A stretch of DNA of 64,000 bases from Lama guanicoe (GCA_013239625.1 MU053881.1:16422373-16486372); one strand, 5' to 3'; shown: positions 53,145 to 64,000, numbered from the stretch's first letter. Translations and numbers: made by a program. The notes: a model not told the origin generated them from the letters alone.

Positions 53145-53432
53145 TCCATCCAGCCTGCCCTTCTGTGAACCAAGAATGGTTTTCACAGGTGAACATTTGC
53201 AATCAATTGATAACAGGAAAAATTAACTTGGAATCCCCCCAAAGCATTCCGTTCTTCTCATTAGACCTCGTTTAAAACTGTGCTCAATTATTCTATTTTA
53301 AATTCCACCAACAAATAAGTGTTCTGGACACTTTTTCTTTGGTTATATAAAGCATCTACTAAAATTCTCGATTTTGCCTCTTGGCCCAAAATATTTGCTA
53401 TCTGGCCCTTTATAGAAGTTTGCTAGCCTCTG
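53145..53432. mobile_element. MER58-family hAT-Charlie element
   Basis: Ends aaaatatttgctatctggccctttatagaagtttgctagcctctg, followed by the Charlie-type target GTCTAGAG. Confidence 0.7.
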
Positions 53433-53584
53433 GTCTAGAGCCGTATGTGGCTTACAGGAGACAGTCCGTAAGTGTGAGATGGAGAAATTTAGTAACAAAT
53501 GTATCTAAAACACACGGACATCTATTTTCAGAAAAAACAGGGAGGTACAGACAACCAAGAGTTAATGTTAAGAATGGCAATCTC

Positions 53585-53697
53585 TGGGGAGGTGGGTACA
53601 GCTCAGTGGTAGAGGGCATGCTTAGCAAGCAGTAAGTCCTGGGTTCAATCCCCAGTACCTTCAATTTAAAAAGTACAAAAAAAACCCCAAAACAAAC
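53585..53697 (+). mobile_element. tRNA-derived SINE (camelid vic-1-like, short form)
   Basis: A box CAGCTCAGTGG, B box GGTTCAATCCC, A-rich tail; perfect TSD AATGGCAATCTC at 53573-53584 and 53698-53709. Confidence 0.9.
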
Positions 53698-54636
53698 AAT
53701 GGCAATCTCAAGAGCGGCCTATCACGGGGGAAGCCGAAAATCTGCAGTTCTCTAACGTTTGCTGCCGCTTGTTATCTTTCCCCAACAATTAGCACGCGTC
53801 AAACTTTATCATCGTTTCAAGAGCAACGTAACGTTAAGTTCAAGAGGGCGCCGTGCCCACTGAAAGCCGGGTACCCGCAGGTTGTGGGCGCTCGCTCGTC
53901 CCATGCTGCTTGAACAACTGCACAGAAGCCACGCGAGTCCCAATGGGGCGCATGGAGTCTGAGACCGGTGAGGGTGCGGGGGTCCCCTCGCCCTAAAGCC
54001 TTCTTTATCAAAGTGTTGGATCGAGGGAAAGAAACCGAGCAGAAAGATCTTTTGAACCTCCATAAGCCCGGTTCCATCCCCGTCAAGCCTATAGCCTCCC
54101 GGTTCTGCTTCTACCTCCTAGCGGGCCCGGGAGGATGTGACTGCACCGCGGTCCAGGAGCCTCCAGGACGCACCTCACCTCTGATTTTCCTCACCGCCGC
54201 CCCGCAAGAAAGAAAAGGGCTTGATCAGGGCAGGAATTCCCCAGGCCCCCTCGTCCCTCGGAGAACGCGGCCGGCCAGGCCCTTGGATTGCGACGCGGAC
54301 CTGGGAGGACGCCCCAGCCACCGCTAATTGCCATCCGCGCCGTTCCAGCCGTTCCCAGGCGTCGCGCTACAGGAGCTCACTCCGCACATGCGCGGGAGAG
54401 CACCTACGCGTGCGCATCGATAGCCCCTCCCCCCCGCGTCCCGCCTTGAGCTGCTGCTTCCCGCCCGCATAGTGCCCTCACTTCCGGGGTTTCCCGGCGA
54501 CGGCCGTAAGTGGCGGGCGGAAGCAGCCCGCGAGGCCAGCCGTAAAAGGCCCCTCACGCCACTTCCGGCCGGCTTCCGCAGACGGCCCTGGTGGGCGATC
54601 GTGAGGCGCCGGAGGACGTTCCCCGCGGCCGGAGCC

Positions 54637-54661
54637 ATGGAGATGCCGCTGCCGCCCGACG
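54637..54661 (+). CDS. CHERP: CHERP exon 1 coding part
   Basis: gccATGg; GACG/gtgagg. Confidence 0.93.
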
Positions 54662-57600
54662 GTGAGGCCCAGCCCCGGCTTAGGGGCCGTTTCTCTCCTC
54701 CCGGAATTCCTTGTTGGCCCGTCCAGCCGCCCGGGATCCCCGGGCCCAGGAGGGGGCGGGGCTCGGCCTCTCGGGTTCGCCTGCGGCCTCTCCCGCGTAT
54801 CCCCGCATTCCCGGCGAGCTTCTGGCCCCTATCGGGACCCGTACAAGGGCGGCCTCTCTGAGGCCCACCCCTAGGGACCCCGGCCCGACGGACGCGGGCT
54901 GGGACGCCAGGGCCCCCGGATTTGGGCGGTCCTCACTGACGCCCCGCGTGGCCTTTTCTCCGTCTTCCAGACCAGGAGCTTCGAAATGTCATCGACAAGC
55001 TGGCCCAGTTCGTGGCTCGGAACGGGCCCGAGTTTGAAAAGATGACGATGGAGAAGCAGAAGGACAACCCGAAATTCTCGTTTCTATTTGGTGGCGAGTT
55101 CTACAGTTACTACAAGTGCAAATTGGCGCTAGAGCAGCAGCAGCGTGAGTCTTCATCAGCTCTCAGGCCGCCCCCTCGAGTGATTCCTTTCTCTGATTCC
55201 ATTTTGGGCTCTGCCACAAACCGCCTTCTTTGGGGTCGCATGCTCTTTCACAGTGAAAATGTGTTAGCTTGGTCTTCGCGATCCCTTCCGCTGTTCCCAG
55301 TGCCCTGTACCGTGCGGCTGCTGGGTCCGAGTGAAATGGAGAACGAGGTTATCGATCCTCCTCCTGGGCTCTAGATCAGGAATTTTACTGTTGTTTTGCA
55401 AACGTGATGACTGAGGTCAGCGAAGTAGAGTGACTGTTTCAGTGTTTTCGAGGGAGAAAGTGATAGAAGCCTGACTGGATAGGATCCTCGGGGCGGGTAT
55501 CCTCCAGCCCCGTTTTCGGGCTCTCTGGGTCCGGCAGGGTTTTTGTGCATTTAAGATGGTTGCAGTCTTGATCAAAATGAATTGTCCTATGTGTTTTTGT
55601 TCTTGGCAGCTGTTTATGTTCATAGAGTTGGGCATCAGGATTCTGGCCTTTAAAAAGTGTTTAAGTTGGGGTTAGGAATCGCAGCTGGTCTTTGACTAAC
55701 AGACAATTAGTCACCCGGTGGTAGGGTCCCTGAGCACTTACCTGTCTTGTTCAGTAATGAATCCCTAGTTTCTAAATAGGTTGTGTTCCAGTTTGCCAAG
55801 TCGATTGAATGGTGAATGCTGCCTGGACTACAAGTGCCCTGAGGCCAAGTAGACTTTGTTTGGGTCATTGTTGTTTTTAATAGATAGCACAGAATAGGTG
55901 TTCAACAAAGCATTTGTAAGGCACAGCAAAAGTACAGGGGCTTGAACAAGCACAGTGTGTTTGGAGAACCGGGGGGAGAAACCATGAGAAGCCCAGCATG
56001 GCTGGAGCATAGACATACATAGACAAGGGAAGGGTTTGATCTGGAGTGGTCAATACCCGGGGGAAGTTTGGGTTTTCTTCCTTAGTCTGGGGGTTCTTTT
56101 GGTGCCTGTTTAGGTTTGAGATGAGGGTCAGCTGCCTGAAATTGTAGGCAAAATGTTGTATGTGCTTACGTGTTTCTGGAGTAGCCATTCCTTGGCCCCA
56201 GGACATCAACTTTATAAACTCCCTGCCATAGGCAGCTGGAAGCCACGAGGGAATTTGAAACGAGGGAGAGATGGATCAGTGTGGCCTGTGTGGAGGACAG
56301 GCTGGAGGGAGCATGAGTATAGGCTGGGAGCAATGAAGCTGGCAGTTGATGGTAATGTCCGATTTAAGTTGGCGGGTTGAGTGGAGGGAGTAGGCATGAG
56401 GGCAGGTGGGGTTAACTGATAGAATCTGTGAACTGAAGCACTGGTTGGATGTTGCTGCGGGTGACATCGCTGGGCAGAGGAAGACAATGTTTTGGCTCGA
56501 GTGACTGTAAGGCAAGAGCTGCTTCCCCTGTGAAGAGAGCCCACTGTCACCCTGGAAGGTCAGAAATCGGGGATGCTGGGAATTTGGTGCCATAGTGGAG
56601 GGGGGCAGGGTTGGGGTGCTTCTAGCAGGGAAAGATTGGGGCTCAGGAAGTGATTTCTGCAGGAAACAGTACCTCCATTGCTGTTGAAGGACATGTCAGA
56701 GTTAGGCAGATGGAAACTGAGGAGACAAGGGTGTTTGGGCAGAGGAACAAGCCTTAGGAGGGGCTGGGGAGTAGAGGGGACAAAAGCTCAGGGTGTCTAA
56801 GCCCAGAAGAGAAGAGATTCTTGGAGTGGCCAGAAGGGAGAATGCAGAGCAGGCAGGTTTGGCTTGTCAAGGAATTGGGGTTTCTGGAAGCTTTGGGGGG
56901 GTTTCTGGAAGCTTTGGGGGAGTTTTTGAAGGATATCAGGACTGTGTTCCAGAGCAGGGTCAGCCTGTTGTAGCCAGCTCTTCATTCTGGTAGTTTGAGA
57001 GGACTGAGACCCAGGACTGTTCTAGAATGGTGCCTCACAGACTCTAATAAAGAGCTGGTTTTGTGTGTTTTTCCAACCTGTTGTGGAAAGTACAGTTTTG
57101 CAAAATAAAAGTGTGAGCTGGGAAACGTCAAATTGCCATAAAAGTGCCAAGATGCTCTCTCGCCATTTCTGTGCTTATCTAGTCTTGGTACCACCTGATG
57201 GTGGTCCTTGGCAGGGGAGGGGTGGCAGGGCAGGACTGGACACAGGGAAACCAGTTCCCAGAGTGATGCAGGTGACAGCAGAGTCATGGCAGTGGTGGCA
57301 GGACACAGCTTGGCGTGTGATCTAAGAGGGTGACTTGACTACGGGGGGCAGCTTGTTAGCATGAGGTGCAAAGGAGAGGTGCACGTACCGTCTCGGCTTC
57401 TGACTTGGGTCTGTGGGCGTAGCTGTGCCAGCCTTGGAGCAGCAGGGGGCTCTGGAGGGGGTGGAGCGTGGGGTAAGAGGAAACATGCCTGTTTGAGGAG
57501 CCCCTTTGGCTTAGAGCTGCCCAAGAGACAGCCAAGGGGACACTTGGACCCCAGCCATCTCCTCATGGGGCCACCTCTCCTCCTCCCCTGCCAGTCATCT

Positions 57601-60600
57601 GCAAGCAGCAGACCCCAGAGCTGGAGCCGACCACGGCCCTGCCACCCCTGCCGCAGCCCCCACTGGCCCCTGCTGCACCCATCCCGCCAGCCCAGGGAAC
57701 CCCGTCCATGGACGAGCTCATCCAGCAGAGCCAGTGGAACCTGCAGCAGCAGGAGCAGCACCTGCTGGCCCTCAGACAGGTACGGGCCTGCTCCCCTTCC
57801 CCTCTCATTCTGAGGTGGGTACCCAGAGCTCACCCTCTCTGCCTTAGTTTTTACGTCTGTACATTGGTACTAATAATAGATGTCAGCACTGAGGATGGGG
57901 ATGGCTTGTGGCCTGGGGCTCCGTGCATCACCGCCATTGTCACTCCAGTGCTGCAATCCCCCTGTGTTGTGTTTAGCATGACCCCGATGCTGGACACCGA
58001 GCTTGCTTCTCACCCCAGTGAGATCATTGCACAAGCTTGGATACACGCACACCTGTTGTGCTAGGGTGGAGACCCTCAAGCAAGAATGCACGTTAGAAGT
58101 TGTGTAACGGAGAATGCCAGGTGGCCTCTGGTGCCATTGGCACCAGCTCCTGCTAGTCAGGTCACCCCAAGCTGTTGTGAGGAAGGACCCTTTTGTCCCA
58201 ATCTGTCACAGTCTCATTATAGCCAAACACAATAGGATGTATTACCAGAAAATAAGATGAATAAAAAATAAGACACCTGAAACACCTGCCCCAGTTTTAT
58301 TACTAGAGTTAATATGTAAAGTTACTGTTGTGTTACTGAAAGCAAACCATTCCAGAACACTCACCCGTGGTTTCTGTACAGAGCTCTTCGCAGGCTGGCC
58401 ACTCCAGCCTCGGCCGGCCCCGAGCTGACCACCTGTCCCACAGCAGTGCTGAATCTCAGCCAGTGTCTCAGTTTGCCAACCTAACGGGCAGAAGCCTGGC
58501 ATCGTGTTTTGATTTCCAGTTCCCTGATTGCTAGTGAAGTTGCTCTCCTTTTGCTTGACTGGGGACCATTTACGTGTCCCCTCCATACTATGTTCACACC
58601 CGTCATTCATTGTCATTTCTTTTTTGGGTGAATTGATGGGCAGAGGTTGCCTGTTTTTCTGGGTCTTAATTTTTCCGTCTGTCACCTGGGCAGCAGACAT
58701 CATCTCCCACAGTATCTTGTCTGGCTCTGTCCTTGGCCCAGTCTGTGTGCCATGCCTGTGAGTCACAGATGCGTGTCAGGGACTTTGGGTGTGAGGAATG
58801 GGACCTCCTCGTGTGGGGGTCAGGGTACTGGTGGGCCAGCCTTGAGGGGCCTGGGTGGAGGCCTCTCCTCACGCAGTCTTGGTCCTGCCTGGCCTCCCAG
58901 GAGCAGGTGACAGCAGCTGTGGCCCACGCGGTAGAGCAGCAGATGCAGAAGCTCCTGGAGGAGACCCAGCTGGATATGAATGAGTTTGACAACCTGCTGC
59001 AGCCCATCATTGACACCTGCACCAAAGATGCCATCTCGGTGAGGGCAGGAGATGGGGAGAGTGGAGAGTGTTCCTGATGAGCTGGGAGTCCCCGCAGCCT
59101 GTCTGGGCCGGGGCTGCTCTAGGGGCACCCCGTCTCTCCCTTCCCTTCCCTCTTGAGGACCTCCAAGGGCTGCCGAGAGAGACAGAAGTCAGGCCAGGCC
59201 ACGGGGCGTGCCCTGCCCAGCCCCACTCACTCACCACCCTGGCTGTTGCAGGCCGGGAAGAATTGGATGTTCAGCAATGCCAAGTCCCCCCCACACTGTG
59301 AGCTGATGGCCGGCCACCTCCGGAACCGCATCACGGCTGATGGGGCGCACTTCGAGCTGCGGCTGCACCTCATCTACTTGATCAACGACGTGCTACACCA
59401 CTGGTGAGGGCCTGCCCTCTGCCTTCCCCCGCTCCTTCTCCCTCTCCTGGGCCGCTACTCTGCACTCCGGAGCCGGGCCTGTCCTGGGTCTGGGGATCAC
59501 TTCCAAAGACCCCAGGGGAGGGTCAGTCTGAGCCAAGAGCCCTCCATCAGGAGGACACCCGCCCCCCACATTCAGCTGGGATGCTGTCTCTTCGCTCCTT
59601 GCTCTCCTCGGGGTAGTTTCTGAGCGTTTTTAGTGTCTCTCTGTCAGCTGCCAGCCCCTCTTCACTTACCTACACACCCACCCGTCACCTGACTCTGCTC
59701 TCCTTCAGGAATCTTCCAGTAGGGTCCCCTGGGCTAACCCTCTGTCCCGGCCCCACACACAACCCTCCCAAGGCCAGGCTGGTGTTTACTTCCACACCAT
59801 TCTTTGGTGCCTTATGACAGAAGTCAAGAAACCAGATGCTTGGGCCAGAGACAGGTGGACGCACACAGTGCTAGTGAGGCTAGCCTGTAGCTGGGAAGAC
59901 CGGCTGCCACGTTGGCTTTGAACTTGGCAGGCTGAAGGATAGCTCCTGTGAGGGCAGCAGAATCAGCCCTGGGTCTCACCTGTCTTCTGCCCACGTGCAG
60001 CTGGGGCCCCAGCCCTCCCTGCTTCCTGTGCCACCCAGGTGGTTTGGTTCTCACTCGTTGCTTCTGCCTCGTCCTTCCCTTATTTCTCCACCGCTGGGAA
60101 ATAAGCAGCCGTTTGCAACCTTGTCTGCCCTCCTTCACCCGCTGCTGTGCCAACTCCAGGCAGCTCTGGGGAGGTGGCCCTGTTTCTGGCACTCCTCCAG
60201 CCATGCTTTTCCCAAGCCTCACTCTTGGGAGCCCAGTGCCTCTCGCCCTGTCCTCCTGCCTGGACCTCCCCACCCCCGGCCCAGCCTAGCTTCCCAATCC
60301 TGGCACTCGCTGCCCTGTCTTGAGCTTCCTCTGGGAGGGGTTCCAGTCGCCCACCTTCTTTTCCATGTCCTCCCCTAGGAGCTCTGCCACCTCACTGCAC
60401 AGCCTTGGGGGGGCCTCCTCACCCATTTATACACTGACTGCCCCCGAGAGGCTGCCTCACCCTGCCCGGCCTCAGGCTCCTAGGCACCTGGCAGCCCGCA
60501 CACTCCCTCTGCCTCCTGGAAGCCCAAGTTTCCTTGTGCAGAGGCCGTGACAGTGCTGAGCGCAGCTACGTGGACCAGGCCCAGAGCCCTGTGGACAGCT

Positions 60601-62669
60601 GGGGCTCTCCCAGGCCTGCGTCTCTCCATCCTCATGCCACCCTGGGAGGGGAGGGTTATTTTACTGATGAGGGGCCCGGGGTGACAGGCCTTGTTCTGCA
60701 GGCCCCCAAGCTGTGTTCTTTCCCTCCACCCACCACTGTCCGTCTGTCACTTGGGCCCAGGCCCCAGCACAGGTCTTGCAGGGAGCCCAGCCCTTGTCCC
60801 GGCCGGGTTGGGGGCCCGTGTCCCAAGAAGGCAGAGGGTGCTGTGGCTGGAGCCGCGATGGTAACGGGCGCGTGGCCGGGTCCCGCCCCAGGGCCCTGAC
60901 GCGCGGAAGGTCTCTCCCTCACAGCCAGCGCAAGCAGGCCAGGGAGCTGCTGGCCGCCCTGCAGAAGGTTGTGGTGCCCATCTACTGCACCAGCTTCTTG
61001 GCTGTGGAGGAGGACAAGCAGCAGAAGATCGCCCGGGTACGTGGGGCAGCCGGGAGGGGCAGGGGAGAGGGGCCGGGGGGCGGGGGGCGCTGGTTTCCCC
61101 CTGACGCGGCCTCTCCCTCCTCCCCCACGTCCAGCTCCTGCAGCTCTGGGAGAAGAACGGCTACTTTGACGACTCCATCATCCAGCAGTTACAGAGCCCG
61201 GCCCTGGGGCTCGGCCAGTACCAGGTGAGTGTCACCACCCCCACACCACTCCCCGGGGCAGAGCGGTACCATCGGAGGGTCTGCCTGCTGCCACCCCTGC
61301 ACGTTCCTGGAAGTCAGGGGGCCTGCTTGCCCCACCTGGGCTGCACGTGGCCAGTGGGGTGGTGACCCAGAGATCTGGTGGCATTTTCCAAACTGGGCTC
61401 CCAGATGTGCCCCCCAGGATGGTGGTGAGAGGTGGGAGGCTGGGGTCTGAAAAGCAACTTCTGGGCCCCACCCCGTGCACAGCAGCTGACGAGCACGTCC
61501 TCTGTGAGCCCACCGGACTTTCTTCCTGGCGCCCTTGTGACCGAGGTGCCTGGTTTAGAAGCTGCTCTCAGTGGTGTCTTGGCCCATTTGCGCTGGTCCT
61601 CTAGGCACGATGGGAGTGTGAGGAACCCCTGATGTAGTCTGGGCCGCCGCAGTCGTCGTGTTGTGCACGTTGTTCCCCTGTGCACGATCTGCTTCTCTCT
61701 GAGGGGGCACCTGCTCAGAGGACAGGGTCACAGGGCAGGGAGAGGAGGACCAGAGCTCCTTGGTTACCTCTGCTGTGGCACCTGCATTGCTGCCCCATCT
61801 GCAGCGGCTAGAATAAAAGTACAGTTCATGCCCCCATTTCTCAGGCCGGAAGATGTCATCTTCCTACAAAGGTCTGGTTGCCTGTCAGAAACTCTGTGTT
61901 GACCGTTTCCTCTGATGCTCCTGACTGCCACCCTCCCCGCTGGGGAGACGCTTTCATGCTCAGAAAGGCAAACGAGGAAAGTGCATTTCAGACTTTCTCT
62001 AAATTTTACCCCCTTTTTTTGTTGGTAAATAAAAACGAGCTCACACTGCCGTACCTCAGTGACAACTCACTGCTTTTCTCCTCCTGCACTGGTGGTAGCA
62101 GCTCGTGGTTACAGAGCCGCCCTGGGCTCTTTCAGTGAATTCTCCCCCAGATCCTCCGAGGTAGGTCTTGTTTTCCCATTTTACAGATGAGAAAGTTAAG
62201 GCTCCAGGGAGGTTGGAACTTGCTCAAAGCTGTACAGCAAGAAACAAATGCAGCTTGTGAGCGCGTCCTAGGACATGTGTTGTGGTGGGATTTTAACTGT
62301 GCTGCAGTCCAGGGCCTGGCTGCCTTGTTTGCCCCCATTGTTAGGGATTCTAAACTGCCCTGCACTGAACATCACCAAATCTGGCTAGATTGAGATGCTC
62401 TGTGGTGGTCAAGCCCAGGTTGACAGTGATGTGACCATCACCTGCCTGCCCTGGGTCCCGGGCCTGGCTGCCCGCGGCAGCACCCCAACCTCCTGGGCGC
62501 CGCACAGGCATCTGTCCCTGTGCTGCTCCTGAGTGCCAGCTGCCCTTACCTCCGCCAGGCAACCCTCATCAGTGAGTACTCCTCGGTGGTCCAGCCGGTG
62601 CAGCTGGCTTTCCAGCAGCAGATCCAGACCCTCAAGACCCAGCACGAGGAGTTTGTCAACAGCCTGGCC

Positions 62670-62748
<79 letters not shown>

Positions 62749-63818
62749 TCCAGATGCCACAAATGGAAGCCGAGGTCAAGGCCACGCCGCCGCCGCCTGC
62801 CCCGCCCCCGGCCCCCACGCCTGCCCCGGCCATCCCGCCAACCTCCCAGCCTGGTACGCGGCTCCCTCAGCACCCGCCCTCGGGGGGCAGCCTCCAGACA
62901 GCAGTCTTCTCCCCCAAGAAAGGCTCTGGTTCTGTAGTCTCAGGCCCAGGCCGAGGAGCACATTCTCATTTATTTACCAGCACCAGGCAAGTGATTTCAC
63001 AGGTAAACGTAATCCAACCCTTGTAACCGGGACAGTTCTTCTCCTGGACAAGACATCCTAGAGAATGGAGAGGAGAGCTATCCAAGTCATTTTTCGAGAC
63101 TAGGAAAACTCACCAGGTGGGCAGAGACAGGGAAAGAATTAAAAATGCAACCCAGGATCACTTTTGAATAAAGAAGCAGAAATACTAAACAAAATCTTAA
63201 CAGGTGAAATCTAGCGAAATATTTAAAACATACATCATTCCTAAACAGGGTATGTCCCGGGAATACATAAGGATGATTTGATACTAGAAAATTTAACAAG
63301 GTAACCGATCAGGTGGGAAGAAATGATCTTTCAACTAGACGCAGAAACGGTATTTAATAAAACTCAGTGATACAATTCTTGAGCAAACTAAAATCCATAT
63401 GGCAAAACTAAAGATAGTTATTGTAAAGCTTTTGAAGAAGAGGGTATATGTCCTGAGCACAGTCAGTTCTCTCCTTTCTGCTGCCTTCCCTGAGGCACTG
63501 GCAGCTTTCAGTGGGGTCAGGAGTTAAGGGTTTACCTGGAAATAAAGCCAGCCTGGGTTGGCCCTGAGGGCTTGCAGATCATTTCAGGTGGCGCCCCCTG
63601 CTGCCGGGGGCCTTTTCTGACTGCCTTCCTGCCTGGCTCTAGATGACAGCAAGCCTCCCATCCAGATACCTGGCTCTTCTGAGTACGACGCCTCAGGAGG
63701 GGTCCAGGACCCTGCTGCCACCGGGCCCCGGGGCCCTGGGCCCCACGACCAGATCCCACCCAACAAGCCCCCATGGTTTGACCAGCCTCACCCTGTTGCT
63801 CCTTGGGGCCAACAGCAG
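54637..63818 (+). CDS. CHERP: Calcium homeostasis ER protein (U2-associated splicing factor), 3'-partial; join(54637..54661,54971..55144,57595..57779,58901..59038,59252..59403,60925..61036,61135..61224,62559..62853,63643..63818)
   Basis: MEMPLPPDDQELRNVIDKLAQFVARNGPEFE (SURP domain), CID domain (AGKNWMFSNAKSPPHC...LHLIYLINDVLHHC), polyQ and Pro-rich region. All junctions are GT-AG and in frame. Confidence 0.97.
54971..55144 (+). CDS. CHERP: CHERP exon 2 (SURP domain)
   Basis: tcttccag/AC ... CAGC/gtgagt. Confidence 0.95.
55880..56800. mobile_element. L2 relic(s) in CHERP intron 2
   Basis: Purine-rich L2-like stretches (ttcaacaaagcatttg; ggcagctggaagccacgagggaatttgaaacgagggagagatggatcag). 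Boundaries approximate. Confidence 0.5.
56877..56918 (+). repeat. Perfect 21-bp tandem duplication GGGGTTTCTGGAAGCTTTGGG x2
   Basis: Read directly. Confidence 0.95.
57595..57779 (+). CDS. CHERP: CHERP exon 3
   Basis: cccctgccag/TC ... CAG/gtacgg; (L)ICKQQTPELEP...HLLALRQ. Confidence 0.94.
58901..59038 (+). CDS. CHERP: CHERP exon 4
   Basis: ctcccag/GAG ... TCG/gtgagg; EQVTAAVAH...TKDAIS. Confidence 0.95.
59252..59403 (+). CDS. CHERP: CHERP exon 5
   Basis: gttgcag/GCC ... CTG/gtgagg. Confidence 0.95.
60925..61036 (+). CDS. CHERP: CHERP exon 6
   Basis: ccctcacag/CCAG ... CGG/gtacgt; (C)QRKQARELL...QQKIAR. Confidence 0.95.
61135..61224 (+). CDS. CHERP: CHERP exon 7
   Basis: cacgtccag/CTC ... 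CAG/gtgagt; LLQLWEKNGYFDD...LGQYQ. Confidence 0.95.
62140..62240 (-). mobile_element. MIR core fragment
   Basis: cccattttacagatgagaaagttaaggctccagggaggttggaacttgctcaaag. Confidence 0.8.
62559..62853 (+). CDS. CHERP: CHERP exon 8 (polyQ, Pro-rich)
   Basis: tccgccag/GCA ... CCTG/gtacgc. Confidence 0.94.
62670..62747 (+). repeat. (CAG)7 CAA (CAG)18 coding trinucleotide repeat, 26 Gln
   Basis: Counted directly from the sequence. Confidence 0.98.
63060..63420 (+). mobile_element. Ancient L1 ORF2 (RT region) fragment in CHERP intron 8
   Basis: AT-rich island; aatactaaacaaaatcttaaca and tcaactagacgcagaaacggtatttaataaaa resemble the L1 LNKIL and DAEKAFDK coding sequences. Confidence 0.7.
63643..63818 (+). 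CDS. CHERP: CHERP exon 9
   Basis: ggctctag/AT ... CAG/gtaact; (D)DSKPPIQIPGSSEY...PWGQQQ. Confidence 0.94.
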
Positions 63819-64000
63819 GTAACTCTTAAAACTTGTTGCGGGGGTAGCTGGCTGGGGCGCACCTGGGCCTAACTGGATGGCATGCCAGTGGGTGGTGGCC
63901 TCTGCGGGCCAATAGGCTTTTAGCCGCTCCCTGGGAAATGAGATTCCGCAGCGGGATCTGGTGTTGGAGGTGCTGGTGGCAAGAATGTGGTAGTCTTCCT

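Larger units (their letters stand above)
53700..55520. promoter_or_regulatory. CpG island / CHERP promoter with ETS(GABP)-, NRF1- and kB-like motifs
   Basis: ACTTCCGG at 54480 and 54561, CGGAAG at 54518; GCACATGCGCG at 54384 and ACGCGTGCGCA at 54406; GGGGTTTCCC at 54486-54495. No obvious TATA box. Confidence 0.88.

Noticed and set aside
53586..53660. tRNA gene-like sequence (also 41825-41895 on the minus strand)
   Set aside because: A-rich tail and TSD show these are SINE heads, not tRNA genes.
62409..62937. PolyLeu, polyCys and polySer ORFs
   Set aside because: Alternative frames and strands of the CAG repeat; no evidence of expression.

Overview
Mammalian genomic DNA carrying three tandem + strand spliced genes in the conserved order MED26 - SLC35E1 - CHERP. 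The tRNA-derived SINEs resemble the camelid vic-1 type, so the source is most likely a camelid. The first ~28 kb is MED26 intron 1 (exon 1 lies upstream of the window), followed by MED26 exons 2-3. SLC35E1 is complete (6 coding exons, 412 aa). CHERP exons 1-9 are present and the gene runs off the right edge. Introns are full of L1, L2, MIR, MLT1, hAT and Tigger relics, several with readable target-site duplications. I see no new multi-gene system. The best leads are a 98-nt CHERP intron that folds end-to-end with mirtron geometry, a 26-Gln (CAG)7CAA(CAG)18 tract in CHERP, a possible intronic-polyadenylation cassette in CHERP intron 8 (open frame, four poly(A) hexamers, CTCF-like motif), and a cryptic micro-exon plus motif clusters in MED26 intron 1. 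Repeat family names and orthologue comparisons are from memory and need database confirmation.
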